The notes: generated by a model not told the origin, from the letters alone. Counted from the stretch's first letter, positions 10,301 through 19,764 are shown. The stretch: 64,000 nucleotides of DNA from Thermoanaerobaculia bacterium (GCA_046331385.1 JAXLQW010000001.1:384188-448187), one strand, 5' to 3'. Numbers and translations: made by a program.

Positions 10301-12376
10301 ATGCGGACCACGCGAAATGCTCTGCTGTTGCTGGTCGGTGCGGCGCTCGCCGCGGACCTCGCCGCCCAGACGACCCCACCTCCCGCGGCGACGGAGCCGG
10401 AGCCGGCGGGCCAGGTCGAAGAGGTGATCGTCGTCACCGCTTCGCGTACCGAGCAGCCGATCCAGGAGGCGCCGGCGGCGATCTCGGTCATCTCGCCGAA
10501 GGAGGTCGAGAACCTGCCGGCGAACGACTTCGGCGACCTGCTGCGCAACGTCCCCGGACTCAACGTCTCGCAGACCAGCGCCCGCGACCTGAACATCACG
10601 GCGCGCGGCTCGACGAACACCCTGGCGACGACGCAGCTCGTGCTGCTCGACGGGCGCTCGATCTATCTCGACTTCTTCGGCTTCGTCATGTGGGACTTCC
10701 TGCCGGTCAACCCGGCGGAGATCAAGCAGATCGAGGTGGTGCGCGGCCCGGGCAGCGCGGTGTGGGGCGCCAACGCCATGACCGGCGTGGTCAACCTGAT
10801 CACCAAGCGGCCCAAGGAGATGGTGGGCACCACCCTGGTGGCCGGAGCCGGCGAGCTGGGGACGATCTACGGCGGCCTGACGCACGCCGGCGTTTCGGGG
10901 AACTTCGGCTACAAGTTCTCGGCCGGCTACTTCGAGCAGGATCCCTACGACCGCCCGACCGGCGTCGTTCCCGGCTCGCAGCCGGCGACGACCTATCCGA
11001 CCTTCCAGAACGAGGGCACCAAGCAGCCCAAGGGCGACCTGCGGCTCGATTGGGATCTCACCGACGATTCCAGTTTCGGCGCCGCGGTGGGCTACGCCGG
11101 CACGAGCGGCATCGTGCACACCGGCATCGGGCCGTTCTCAGTCGACACCGGCTCGGACCTCTCCTACGGCAAGCTCGACTACAACCGGCGCAACCTGCAC
11201 GTCGGATTGTTCGGCAACTTCCTCGACGCCAAGTCGAAGAACCTGCTCACCCGCGGCCTCGACCAGCAGCCGCTGAAGTTCGATTTCTCGACCAAGACCT
11301 ACAATCTCGACGTCTCGAACACCTCGGTCGCCGGCGAGCACAACATCTTCACCTACGGCCTGAGCGCGCGCACCAGCGACTTCACCCTGACCATCGCGCC
11401 CAAGGGAACCAAGAAGGACGAATACGGCGCCTTCGTCCAGGACGAGATCCTGCTCGGCGAGAAGCTGCGCTGGCTGATCGGGGGCCGCTGGGATCACATC
11501 GATCCGGTCGGCGGGGTGTTCTCGCCGCGTACCAGCCTGCTGTTCTCGCCCAATCCGAATCACACCTTCCGGGTCTCCTACAACCAGGCGTTCCGCGCGC
11601 CGTCGGTGATCAACAACTACCTCGACGTGACCATCCTCAACCAGGTGGGGCCGTTGCTCATCCCCGCCAACGCCGACGGCAACGTCGAGCTGAACGAGGA
11701 GCGGATGACGGCCTACGAGGTCGGCTGGGTGGGGACCTTCGATCGCGGCTTGATGGCGACGATCTCGCTCTACCGCAACAAGACCAAGGACTCGATCGAC
11801 TTCTTCGTCCAGCGCACCTACGGTCCGACCAATCCGCCTCCGGTCCCGGCCTCGGTCCTGCCCTGCTTCTTCGTCCCGCCGGGGACGACGCCGCTGTGCC
11901 CGCTCGGCGGGCTCGCCGGCGTGGTGCCGTCGAACTTCAGCTACCGCAACATCGGCGAGACGACCGACGAGGGCCTCGAGTTCTCGATCAGCCAGCGGCC
12001 GAGCGCCGATTGGAACTGGTTCTTCAACTATTCGTACCAGAAGGATCCGAAATTCAGCGGCATCGCCGACGAGGCGGACCAGAACAAGCCGCCGAAGAGC
12101 CGCGCCAACTTCGGCTTCGCCTTCGACAACGGCCGCTTCTTCGTCAGCACCAACGTCAACTACCAGGACAAGTCCTATTGGGCCGACGTTCTCAACGTTC
12201 GCGCCTTCACCGATTCGTTCACCACCGTGAACGCGTCGATCGGCGTCCGCTTCCTCGACGAGCGGTTGACGTTGCAGATCCTGGGTTCCAACATCACCGA
12301 CGAGACGGTGCAGCAGCACATCTTCGGCGACCTCATCAGCCGCAAGATCACCGGGCAGATCGGGCTGCGCTTCTAG
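10301..12376 (+). CDS. TonB-dependent receptor
   Basis: Signal peptide, TonB box EEVIVVTASR, plug motifs (LRNVPG; IKQIEVVRGPGSAVWGANAMTGVVNLIT), C-terminal Phe; GGAGGAGG RBS. Confidence 0.93.
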   Translation: MRTTRNALLLLVGAALAADLAAQTTPPPAATEPEPAGQVEEVIVVTASRTEQPIQEAPAAISVISPKEVENLPANDFGDLLRNVPGLNVSQTSARDLNITARGSTNTLATTQLVLLDGRSIYLDFFGFVMWDFLPVNPAEIKQIEVVRGPGSAVWGANAMTGVVNLITKRPKEMVGTTLVAGAGELGTIYGGLTHAGVSGNFGYKFSAGYFEQDPYDRPTGVVPGSQPATTYPTFQNEGTKQPKGDLRLDWDLTDDSSFGAAVGYAGTSGIVHTGIGPFSVDTGSDLSYGKLDYNRRNLHVGLFGNFLDAKSKNLLTRGLDQQPLKFDFSTKTYNLDVSNTSVAGEHNIFTYGLSARTSDFTLTIAPKGTKKDEYGAFVQDEILLGEKLRWLIGGRWDHIDPVGGVFSPRTSLLFSPNPNHTFRVSYNQAFRAPSVINNYLDVTILNQVGPLLIPANADGNVELNEERMTAYEVGWVGTFDRGLMATISLYRNKTKDSIDFFVQRTYGPTNPPPVPASVLPCFFVPPGTTPLCPLGGLAGVVPSNFSYRNIGETTDEGLEFSISQRPSADWNWFFNYSYQKDPKFSGIADEADQNKPPKSRANFGFAFDNGRFFVSTNVNYQDKSYWADVLNVRAFTDSFTTVNASIGVRFLDERLTLQILGSNITDETVQQHIFGDLISRKITGQIGLRF

Positions 12377-12401
12377 ACCGACGGCGGCGGGCGGAAGAGG
12401 A

Positions 12402-12438
12402 GGGCCGGGGTCCCACGCGGGTCCCGGCCCATTTTCTT
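12402..12438 (+). terminator. Intrinsic terminator after the TonB receptor gene
   Basis: GGGCCGGG...CCCGGCCC stem followed by ATTTTCTT, between convergent genes. Confidence 0.65.
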
Positions 12439-12445
12439 GGCGGGT

Positions 12446-14818
12446 TCAGGCGTCGGCGTCGACCAACAGGCGGGCGGCGGCGTCTTCGACCGGATGACCG
12501 AAGAAGTAGCCCTGCATGAGCTCGCAGCCGAAGGATCGCAGCCGGTCGCGCTGGTCGCTGGTCTCGACGCCTTCGGCGATCACCGTCAGTCCGAGGTCGG
12601 CGGCCAGGCGCACGATGTTGCGCACCAGCTCGGCGCGCTCGCCCTCGCGGCCGAGGTTCTGGATGAAGCTGCGGTCGATCTTCAGCACGTCGATCGCGAA
12701 GCGGTTGAGGTAGGAGAGCGACGAGTATCCGGTGCCGAAGTCGTCGATCGCCACCCCGATGCCGCGCGAGCGCAGCTCGGAGATCATCCGCGTCGCCTCG
12801 AGCGGATTCTCGATCAACAGCCCCTCCGTGATCTCGAGCTTGAGCGTGTCGCCCGGCAGGCGGTGGCGTTCGAGCGCTTCGTCGATCTTGGCGACCAGAT
12901 CGGGTTGAGCGAAGAGCCGGGGCGAGAGATTCACGCTCATCATCAACTCGCGCGCCCGCGGCATCTCCTTGCGCCAGAGCGCCAGCACGCGGCACGATTC
13001 GTCGAGCACCCACAAACCGAGAGGAACGATGAGCCCGGTTTCCTCGGCCACGCGGATGAAGGAGGCGGGCTGCAGTAGCCCGCGGCGCGGATGCTGCCAG
13101 CGCACCAGGGCCTCGAAGCCGACCAGACGGACTTCGGGAATCGCCATGATCGGCTGGTAGTGGACGATGAACTCGCCGCGCTCGACGGCGCGCCGCAGAT
13201 CGTTCTCGATTTCCAGGCGGGCCACCGCCTCGTCGCGCATTTCGGGCGTGAAGATCTGGATGCCGCCGCGGCCGCGCGCCTTGGCGCGGTACATCGCGGT
13301 GTCGGCGTCGCGCAGCAAGGCGGCGAGGTCGCCGTCGCCGGCCGGGCCGTGAGCGATGCCGATCGAGACGCTGGCGAAGAGCTCGTGCTCGCGGATGCGG
13401 ATCGGATCGGCGAGCGCCTCCTGGATGCGCAGCGCGACCTCCTCGGCCTCGCCGTCGCTGTCCATGTCCTCCACCAGCACCGCGAACTCGTCGCCGCCGA
13501 AGCGCGCCAGGGTATCGGTGGCGCGCAGGCGCGAGCCGATGCGCGCCGCGGCGTCGACCAGCAGCGAGTCTCCCAGCTGGTGCCCGAGGCTGTCGTTGAC
13601 CGTTTTGAAGCGGTCGAGGTCGAGGAACAGGACCGCGAAGCGCTGCCCCTCGCCGCGCGTGGCGCGGGTCTGCGCGCGCTCGAGGCGGTCGACGAACAGC
13701 GCGCGGTTGGGCAGCCCGGTGAGCGGGTCGTGCACCTTGCGGTCGGTGATGTCGGTTTGCGATCCAGCGATCCGGGTGGCGCGGCCCCAGGGGTCCCACA
13801 CCGCGCTGCCGCGGGCGAGCATCCAGCGGTACGAGCCGTCGGCGTGCACCATGCGGTGCTCGCACTCGAAGTGGTCGGCGAGGCGCGACAGGTGGCTCTC
13901 CAGCCGGTGACGCAGGGTCCCGAGGTCGTCGGGGTGGACGCGCGCGAACCACTCGCCGAGGGCGTCGTCGAGCTCCTCGGGGGCGTGGCCGAGCATCTCC
14001 TTCCAGCGCGGCGAGAGGTAGACCTCGCCGGTGCGCAGGTTCCAGTCCCAGATGCCGTCGTTGGCCCCGGCGACCGCGAGCGCGAATCGTTCTTCGCTCT
14101 CGCGCAGCGCCTCGGCGGTGCGCTGGCGGACGGTGATGTCCTGGCAGATGGTCACCAGCCCGACCGGGTCGCCGTCGTCGGTGCGCACCACGTCCTGCAG
14201 CACCTCGACCGGCACGCGCGCGCCCGTGCGATGGCGGCCGTAGGTCTCCTGCTTCAGCGTGCCGCGCTCCTTGAGCTCGCGGAACTCGAGCGCGCCGCCG
14301 CCCTCGGGCAGGAGCTTCGCCAGGCGATCGCCGAGCACGTCGGCGAGGCCGAAGCCGAACATTTCGGCGAGCGCCGGGTTGGCGCGCTGGATGCGCAGGT
14401 CGCGGTCGGCGATGGCGACGCCGACCTGCATCGTCTCGAGCGCCTTGTCGAGCTCGCGCAGGTGCCCCTTGGCGCCCGCGAGCTCGGACAGGTCGCGTAC
14501 CAGCACCAGGGTCGCGGGCGGCGTGGCGCTGGGAATCGCGAGCGTGCCGACCAGCACCGGAAAGCCGCGGCCGTCGCGACGGTAGGCCTCGAGGCGCCGG
14601 CGGCGAGGACCGCGGGCGGGGACGTGCGCCGTGGGGTCGCGAGACTCGAAGGAGAGCAGCAACGGCAACTTCTTGCCGCGCAGCTCGCGCGGCTCGTAGC
14701 CCCAGAGCTCGCGCGCGCCGTCGCTCGACCATTGGATGGCGCCGCTCTCGTCGAGCAGCAGGACGGCGTCGTCCATCGCTTGCAGGACGGGTTCCGGTAG
14801 CGGCAACTGGATCGCCAC
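12446..14818 (-). CDS. Multi-PAS diguanylate cyclase/phosphodiesterase (GGDEF-EAL)
   Basis: Three PAS-like repeats, HDPLTGLPNR, RxxD I-site, RFGGDEF, FEALVRW, DDFGTGYSS. Confidence 0.95.
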   Translation of the reverse strand: MAIQLPLPEPVLQAMDDAVLLLDESGAIQWSSDGARELWGYEPRELRGKKLPLLLSFESRDPTAHVPARGPRRRRLEAYRRDGRGFPVLVGTLAIPSATPPATLVLVRDLSELAGAKGHLRELDKALETMQVGVAIADRDLRIQRANPALAEMFGFGLADVLGDRLAKLLPEGGGALEFRELKERGTLKQETYGRHRTGARVPVEVLQDVVRTDDGDPVGLVTICQDITVRQRTAEALRESEERFALAVAGANDGIWDWNLRTGEVYLSPRWKEMLGHAPEELDDALGEWFARVHPDDLGTLRHRLESHLSRLADHFECEHRMVHADGSYRWMLARGSAVWDPWGRATRIAGSQTDITDRKVHDPLTGLPNRALFVDRLERAQTRATRGEGQRFAVLFLDLDRFKTVNDSLGHQLGDSLLVDAAARIGSRLRATDTLARFGGDEFAVLVEDMDSDGEAEEVALRIQEALADPIRIREHELFASVSIGIAHGPAGDGDLAALLRDADTAMYRAKARGRGGIQIFTPEMRDEAVARLEIENDLRRAVERGEFIVHYQPIMAIPEVRLVGFEALVRWQHPRRGLLQPASFIRVAEETGLIVPLGLWVLDESCRVLALWRKEMPRARELMMSVNLSPRLFAQPDLVAKIDEALERHRLPGDTLKLEITEGLLIENPLEATRMISELRSRGIGVAIDDFGTGYSSLSYLNRFAIDVLKIDRSFIQNLGREGERAELVRNIVRLAADLGLTVIAEGVETSDQRDRLRSFGCELMQGYFFGHPVEDAAARLLVDADA

Positions 14819-14837
14819 GGCCGGTCAAGGTATCACA

Positions 14838-16403
14838 TCAATCGTAGATGCCGTCCGCGTACCAACGCCCCGTCGCGGCATCGCGGAAGATGCGGTAGAG
14901 ACCGCGATCGGCGAGCTCCACGTCCCAATATTCGCGCGTCACCGGCGCGTCGCTCCACCAAGCTTCCTCGACTCGCCAGGGGCCCGACGCGACGCGCACC
15001 GCGCCGTCGAGACGCGGGCGGCGATCGGCTCCCTCGCCGGCGAGCGAGCGCAGCTCGCGCGGCGCAGCGTTCGCGGCGTCGGCGGCAGCTGAGGGATCGG
15101 CGGCGTCGGCCGGCTCCGCGCCGAGCACCTCGATCTCGATCGCCGGGCGCAGCACACGCACCGCCAGCAGGCCGTGCGCGCGCTCAGGCAGGGCGGGCGA
15201 CAGGGCCGGCGGCGGCGACGGCTCGTAGGGCACCAGGACGGCGCGCTCCGGGCGATGACCATCGTCGACGCGCGGCGCGCCGACGCGGTCGCGACCGAGC
15301 AGCGCGAAGAGACGCGCGAGCGTGGTGGCGATGCGATCGGGCGACGGCGTGTCCGGCCCGAACAGGCCGAGCTGCGCGGCGCGCGGCCGGTCGGGATGGG
15401 CGGTGAAACGGAATCCGGCGACCGCCGCCCCGGGCGGTCGCTCCTCGAGCGCCAGACGGGTCACCGCGAGCAGCGTCTTGGCCTCGCGGGTCGGGGCGGG
15501 CAACGCGACCGAGCGTTCGTCGTGGCCGGCGGGCTCGAGCGCCAGCGCGAGGTCGAGCCGTGCGCAGCCGAGCCCGTGGGTCGCCAGGCGCTGGCAGAGC
15601 CGGTCGAGCGCCGCGCGCGCCAGGAAGAGGAAGGGCTCGATCGTGGCGAGCGGCCACTCGAGCTCGAGCCCCTCCTGGAAATCGGGCGGCGGCAGGCGCG
15701 GCAGGAGCGGGTGGGGATCGAGGCCGCGCGCCGCGCGGTGGAGCGCACCGCCGACTTCGCCCAGCCGGCTGACGATCTCGGCGGCCGGCAGGCGGGCGAA
15801 GTCGCCGATCGACCGCACCCCCCAACGCTCGAGAGTCGCGGCGAGATCGACCTCGGGGGCGAGGCGGGCGAGCGGCAACGGCGCGAGGAACGCCGCCTCT
15901 TCGCCGGGCGGCACGACGGCCGGCGGGCGCGGCGCGTCGGCGGCCACCCGGGCCGCGAGCTTGCTGCCGGCGATCCCCACCCGCGCCGGCAGGGCGATGC
16001 GCCGCGTCGCGTCGGTGAGCAGCTCGGCCAGGCGCCGTTCGGGATCGGCGTCGCGCAGGCGGCGGGCGACGCCGTCGACGTCGAGGAAGACCACCCCTTC
16101 GCCGGCCTGCTCGACCCGCGGCGAGAAACTCTCGGCGACTTCGAGCAGCGCTTCGCCGGCCGCGGCCTCGCAAAGCGGGTCGCGGCCGCGCGCCGCGAGC
16201 TTCGGCACCAGGGCGCGGGCCTGCGCGAGCGTCATGCCGGCGCGCACCCCGGCGCGGCGGGCGAAGCGGGTGGCGGCGACGACCCGCGCCTGCGGGCCGC
16301 TGCCGGCGAGCACCGCGAGCGCCGTCTCGGCAAGCTCGGGCTCGGCGCGCAGGCGCGCCGCGAGCGGGAAGAGCGGCACCGCGAGGCAGGCGAGGCGGGT
16401 CAT
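14838..16403 (-). CDS. imuB: Y-family polymerase-like accessory protein ImuB
   Basis: LACLAVPLFPL N-terminus without the catalytic acidic motif, GVRAGMTLAQARAL, FSPRVE, C-terminal GPWRVEEAWW...REYWDV; ATGA overlap with imuA. Confidence 0.85.
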   Translation of the reverse strand: MTRLACLAVPLFPLAARLRAEPELAETALAVLAGSGPQARVVAATRFARRAGVRAGMTLAQARALVPKLAARGRDPLCEAAAGEALLEVAESFSPRVEQAGEGVVFLDVDGVARRLRDADPERRLAELLTDATRRIALPARVGIAGSKLAARVAADAPRPPAVVPPGEEAAFLAPLPLARLAPEVDLAATLERWGVRSIGDFARLPAAEIVSRLGEVGGALHRAARGLDPHPLLPRLPPPDFQEGLELEWPLATIEPFLFLARAALDRLCQRLATHGLGCARLDLALALEPAGHDERSVALPAPTREAKTLLAVTRLALEERPPGAAVAGFRFTAHPDRPRAAQLGLFGPDTPSPDRIATTLARLFALLGRDRVGAPRVDDGHRPERAVLVPYEPSPPPALSPALPERAHGLLAVRVLRPAIEIEVLGAEPADAADPSAAADAANAAPRELRSLAGEGADRRPRLDGAVRVASGPWRVEEAWWSDAPVTREYWDVELADRGLYRIFRDAATGRWYADGIYD

Positions 16404-17194
16404 GGCGCGGGCAGCAGCGGGTCGCGGCAGGCGAGCTCGGCGGCGCGCGGCGCGGCGAGCGCGTTGCGGCGCTCGCGCTCGAGCACCAGACGCGCCGAGC
16501 GCGCCGCGAGCAGCCGCGGCTCGCGCCCGGCGCCGAGCCAGACCGGGCGTTCGCGTTCGAGCGCCAGCACGGTCGAGGCGGCGGTGCCGGTGGCGCGGTA
16601 GGGCGAGGCGACGACGAGCGCGACGCGTTCGCCGCGGGCGGCGTGCGCCAGCCGCAGCCACTGCGCCTCCGCCCCGCGGCCGCCGGCGACCGGCGGCGGC
16701 CCCAGGTCGAGCACGCACAGGGCGAAGCCGCCGGCGAGGATCGCCTCGCTCGCCGCGAGCGCCTGCTTCAGGTGGCGCGGGCGGGTCCAGAGCAGGCGGG
16801 CGAGATCCACGCCGCAGGCCGCCGCCTGCTGCGGGTCGAGGTTGTCGCCGAGATCGACCAGCGCCGCGTTCCAGCCGCCGCGGGTGGCTGCGGCGAGCAG
16901 CTCGAGCACCAGGGCGAAACGGCCGCTCGAGCGCCCGGCGACCAGCTCGGCGAGCTCGCCGCGCGGCAACCCGCCAGGGAGCAGGCGCCCGAGGGGAACG
17001 AAGCGGGCGGTGGCGGCGAGGGTCTCGTCGCCCGGACGGGGCGCGTCGACGAGCTCGCGCGCCGTGCGCACCCGCCCGCCGAGCGGCAGGCGCAGCCCCT
17101 CGACCAGCGTCCGCAGGGGAGCCGGCGCCGGCCGTGGAGAGGGTGCCGGGAGCGCCGCGGGCTCGAGTTCCGGCCAAGAGAGAGGTTCCGCCAT
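16400..17194 (-). CDS. imuA: RecA-like ImuA protein
   Basis: LPGGLPRGELAEL, degenerate P-loop SSGRF, ALVDLGDNLDP, GVDLARLLW; directly upstream of imuB. Confidence 0.8.
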   Translation of the reverse strand: MAEPLSWPELEPAALPAPSPRPAPAPLRTLVEGLRLPLGGRVRTARELVDAPRPGDETLAATARFVPLGRLLPGGLPRGELAELVAGRSSGRFALVLELLAAATRGGWNAALVDLGDNLDPQQAAACGVDLARLLWTRPRHLKQALAASEAILAGGFALCVLDLGPPPVAGGRGAEAQWLRLAHAARGERVALVVASPYRATGTAASTVLALERERPVWLGAGREPRLLAARSARLVLERERRNALAAPRAAELACRDPLLPAP

Positions 17195-17203
17195 CGCGGC
17201 TCC

Positions 17204-17233
17204 AAGATAGGGCGTAAAAAAGGCGTAAGTCAA
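17204..17233 (-). promoter_or_regulatory. imuA promoter with embedded direct-repeat operator candidate
   Basis: Minus strand TTGACT-N18-TATCTT; spacer holds TTACGCC-TTTT-TTACGCC (plus strand GGCGTAA at 17211-17217 and 17222-17228). Confidence 0.6.
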
Positions 17234-17272
17234 GGGCGAATCCGCCCCCCCGGCGTGCGAAGATCGAGAGCG

Positions 17273-18472
17273 ATGAAGATCGTCGACGTGGCGGTGGTGG
17301 GCGGCGGGATCGTCGGCCTGGCAACCGCGCGGGCGCTCGCCCGGGAAGGGCGCTCGGTGGTCGTCCTCGAGGCCGAGGAGCGGGTCGCCACCCATCAGAC
17401 CGGCCACAACAGCGGGGTGATCCACTCCGGGCTCTACTACCGGCCCGATTCCGAGAAGGCCCGCACCTCGACCGCCGGCCGCCGGGCGCTCTATCGCTAT
17501 CTCGAGGAGCGCGGCATCGCGCACGAGCGTTGCGGCAAGCTGGTGGTGGCGCTCGGCCCGGAGGAGCTGCCGCGCCTCGACGAGCTCGAGCGCCGCGGGC
17601 GGGCCAACGGCATCGCCGGGCTCGTCCGGCTCGCCGCCGGCGAGCTGGCGCGCTACGAGCCGCACGTGGCCGGGATCGCCGGTCTCTGGGTGCCGGAGAC
17701 CGGGATCGTCGACTACCGCCAGGTGGCGCGCGCCTTCGCCGAGGACATCGCGGCGGCGGGGGGCGAGGTGAAGACCGGCGCGCGGCTGCTCGCCGTCGCG
17801 CCCGACGGCACGAGCGACCGCCTCGCGACCGCCGCCGGCGAGGTCGCCTGCCGTCTGCTGGTCAACTGCGCCGGCCTCGAATGCGATCGGGTGGCGCGCC
17901 TGGCGGGGCTCGACCCGGAGGTGCGCATCGTCCCCTTCCGCGGCGACTACTACGACCTCGTCCCCGAGCGCCGTGGCCTGGTGCGCAACCTCATCTATCC
18001 GGTCCCCGATCCGGCGCTGCCCTTCCTCGGCGTCCACTTCACCCGCCGGATCTCGGGCGAGATCGAAGCCGGACCCAACGCGGTGCTCGCCTGGAAGCGC
18101 GCCGGCTACCACCGGGCGAGCTTCTCGTTCGCCGACGCCGCCTCGACGCTCGCCTTCCCGGGTTTCTGGCGCATGGCGCCGCGCTATCTCGGCGTCGGGT
18201 TGGCCGAGCTGCGCCGCGCCTGGAGCCGGCGGGCGTTCGTCGCCGAGCTGCGCCGCCTGCTGCCCGAAATCCGTGACGCCGACGTCGCGCCAGCCGGTTG
18301 CGGCGTGCGCGCCCAGGCGGTCGACCGGCAAGGCCGGCTGCTCGACGACTTCGCCATCGTCGAGGCGCCGCGCGGCGTGCACGTGCTCAACGCCCCGTCG
18401 CCCGGGGCCACGGCCTCGCTGGCGATCGGCGAGACCATCGCCCAGCGCGCCCGCGCCCGCCTCGACGCCTGA
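17273..18472 (+). CDS. lhgO: L-2-hydroxyglutarate oxidase
   Basis: VVGGGIVG, HQTGHNSGVIHSGLYY, FRGDYY, IYPVPDP, LGVHFT, GPNAV, NAPSPGATASL. Confidence 0.92.
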   Translation: MKIVDVAVVGGGIVGLATARALAREGRSVVVLEAEERVATHQTGHNSGVIHSGLYYRPDSEKARTSTAGRRALYRYLEERGIAHERCGKLVVALGPEELPRLDELERRGRANGIAGLVRLAAGELARYEPHVAGIAGLWVPETGIVDYRQVARAFAEDIAAAGGEVKTGARLLAVAPDGTSDRLATAAGEVACRLLVNCAGLECDRVARLAGLDPEVRIVPFRGDYYDLVPERRGLVRNLIYPVPDPALPFLGVHFTRRISGEIEAGPNAVLAWKRAGYHRASFSFADAASTLAFPGFWRMAPRYLGVGLAELRRAWSRRAFVAELRRLLPEIRDADVAPAGCGVRAQAVDRQGRLLDDFAIVEAPRGVHVLNAPSPGATASLAIGETIAQRARARLDA

Positions 18473-18512
18473 GGCCGGCGCGGCCTCTTCGGGGCGCCGC
18501 AAGAAATCGGCA

Positions 18513-18689
18513 GAAAAATAGGGACAGGCACCAATTTCGGTCTCGTCGGCTCCATCGAAGCGATGGTCAGGATGGCTGAGAAATTGGTGCCTGTCCCTAT
18601 TTTTCCGAGAAAGAGAAAAAGGCTCGCTTAGGGAAAGGACGCTGGCTGGAGAATTGGTGACAGGCACCGATTCTCAGGCACCGATTCTC
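18513..18689. repeat. REP/REPIN-like inverted-repeat cluster
   Basis: Perfect 26-bp IR GAAAAATAGGGACAGGCACCAATTTC (18513-18538 / 18580-18605); hairpin GAGAATTGGTG-ACAGG-CACCGATTCTC (18649-18675); 14-bp tandem CAGGCACCGATTCT x2 (18661-18688). Confidence 0.8.
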
Positions 18690-18951
18690 CAAAGCCGAGA
18701 TGATGCGCGCCGGACGAGAGCGGTGGCAGTGGTCGTTCCGCTCGGGCGGGGGGATCCGAGGACGGAAGCGCCCTCCCGCCCGCAGGATCCCACCGCCCCG
18801 GGAGGGGGGCGAAGTCCGAGCGAGCGAGCCGGCGCGCCGCCCAACGCGCCTGCCGACCCCGGCGCGCCGCGACCCGACGAGGATCCATGGGTGAAATAAT
18901 CTGCGCCCGGCGATCGATGGTCCGCCGCTCGCCGTCGAAGGAGATCCCCGC

Positions 18952-19764
18952 ATGCCGCTGCCGCTCTACCAAGTCGATGCCTTCGCCGATCGACCGTTCT
19001 CCGGCAATCCGGCGGCGGTCTGCCTACTCGATCGGCCGCGCTCGCCGGAGTGGATGCAGGCGGTCGGGGCGGAGATGAACCTGGCCGCGACCGCGTTCCT
19101 GCTGCGCGAGGGCGAGCGCTACCGGTTGCGCTGGTTCACGCCGGCGGTCGAAGTGGCGCTCTGCGGCCACGCCACGCTCGCCTCGGCGCACGTTCTCTGG
19201 GAGCTCGGGGAGATCGCCGCGACGGCGCCGGCGCGGTTCGTGACCGAGAAGAGCGGCGAGCTCGTCTGCCGCAAGGCGAGCGCCGCCGCCAGGGAGGATT
19301 GGATCGAGATGGACTTTCCCATCCGCCCCGAGTCGCCGGCGAGCCCGCCGCCGGGGCTGGTGGAGGCACTCGGCGCGACCCCGGTCTACGTCGGCAAGAA
19401 CCTCTACGACTACTTCGTCGAGCTCGCCTCGGAGGCGGAGGTCCGTGCCCTCGCCCCGGATCACGTTCTGCTCGCCCGCCTGCCGGTACGCGGCGTGATC
19501 GTCACCGCCGCGGCCGAGCTCGGCAGCGACCACGACTTCGTCTCGCGCTTCTTCGCCCCCGGCTCGGGGATCGCCGAGGATCCGGCCACCGGCTCGGCGC
19601 ACTGCTGCCTGGCGCCCTTTTGGGCGGCGCGGCTCGGGCGCGACTCGCTGATCGGTTACCAAGCCTCGCGGCGCGGCGGCGTGGTGCGGGTGCGAGCGAT
19701 GGGCGAGCGGGTGCTGCTCGCCGGTCGCGCGCTCACCGTGCTGCGCGGCGAGCTCGACGCGTGA
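18952..19764 (+). CDS. PhzF family epimerase-like protein
   Basis: VDAFADRPFSGNPAAV, FTPAVEVALCGHATLA, SRFFAPGSGIAEDPATGSAH. Confidence 0.92.
   Translation: MPLPLYQVDAFADRPFSGNPAAVCLLDRPRSPEWMQAVGAEMNLAATAFLLREGERYRLRWFTPAVEVALCGHATLASAHVLWELGEIAATAPARFVTEKSGELVCRKASAAAREDWIEMDFPIRPESPASPPPGLVEALGATPVYVGKNLYDYFVELASEAEVRALAPDHVLLARLPVRGVIVTAAAELGSDHDFVSRFFAPGSGIAEDPATGSAHCCLAPFWAARLGRDSLIGYQASRRGGVVRVRAMGERVLLAGRALTVLRGELDA

Noticed and set aside
18628-19078. Short ORFs across the 18.5-18.95 kb gap
   Set aside because: No recognisable domains; they include repeat-derived peptides (ENRCLSPI, IGACHQF) and overlap each other on both strands
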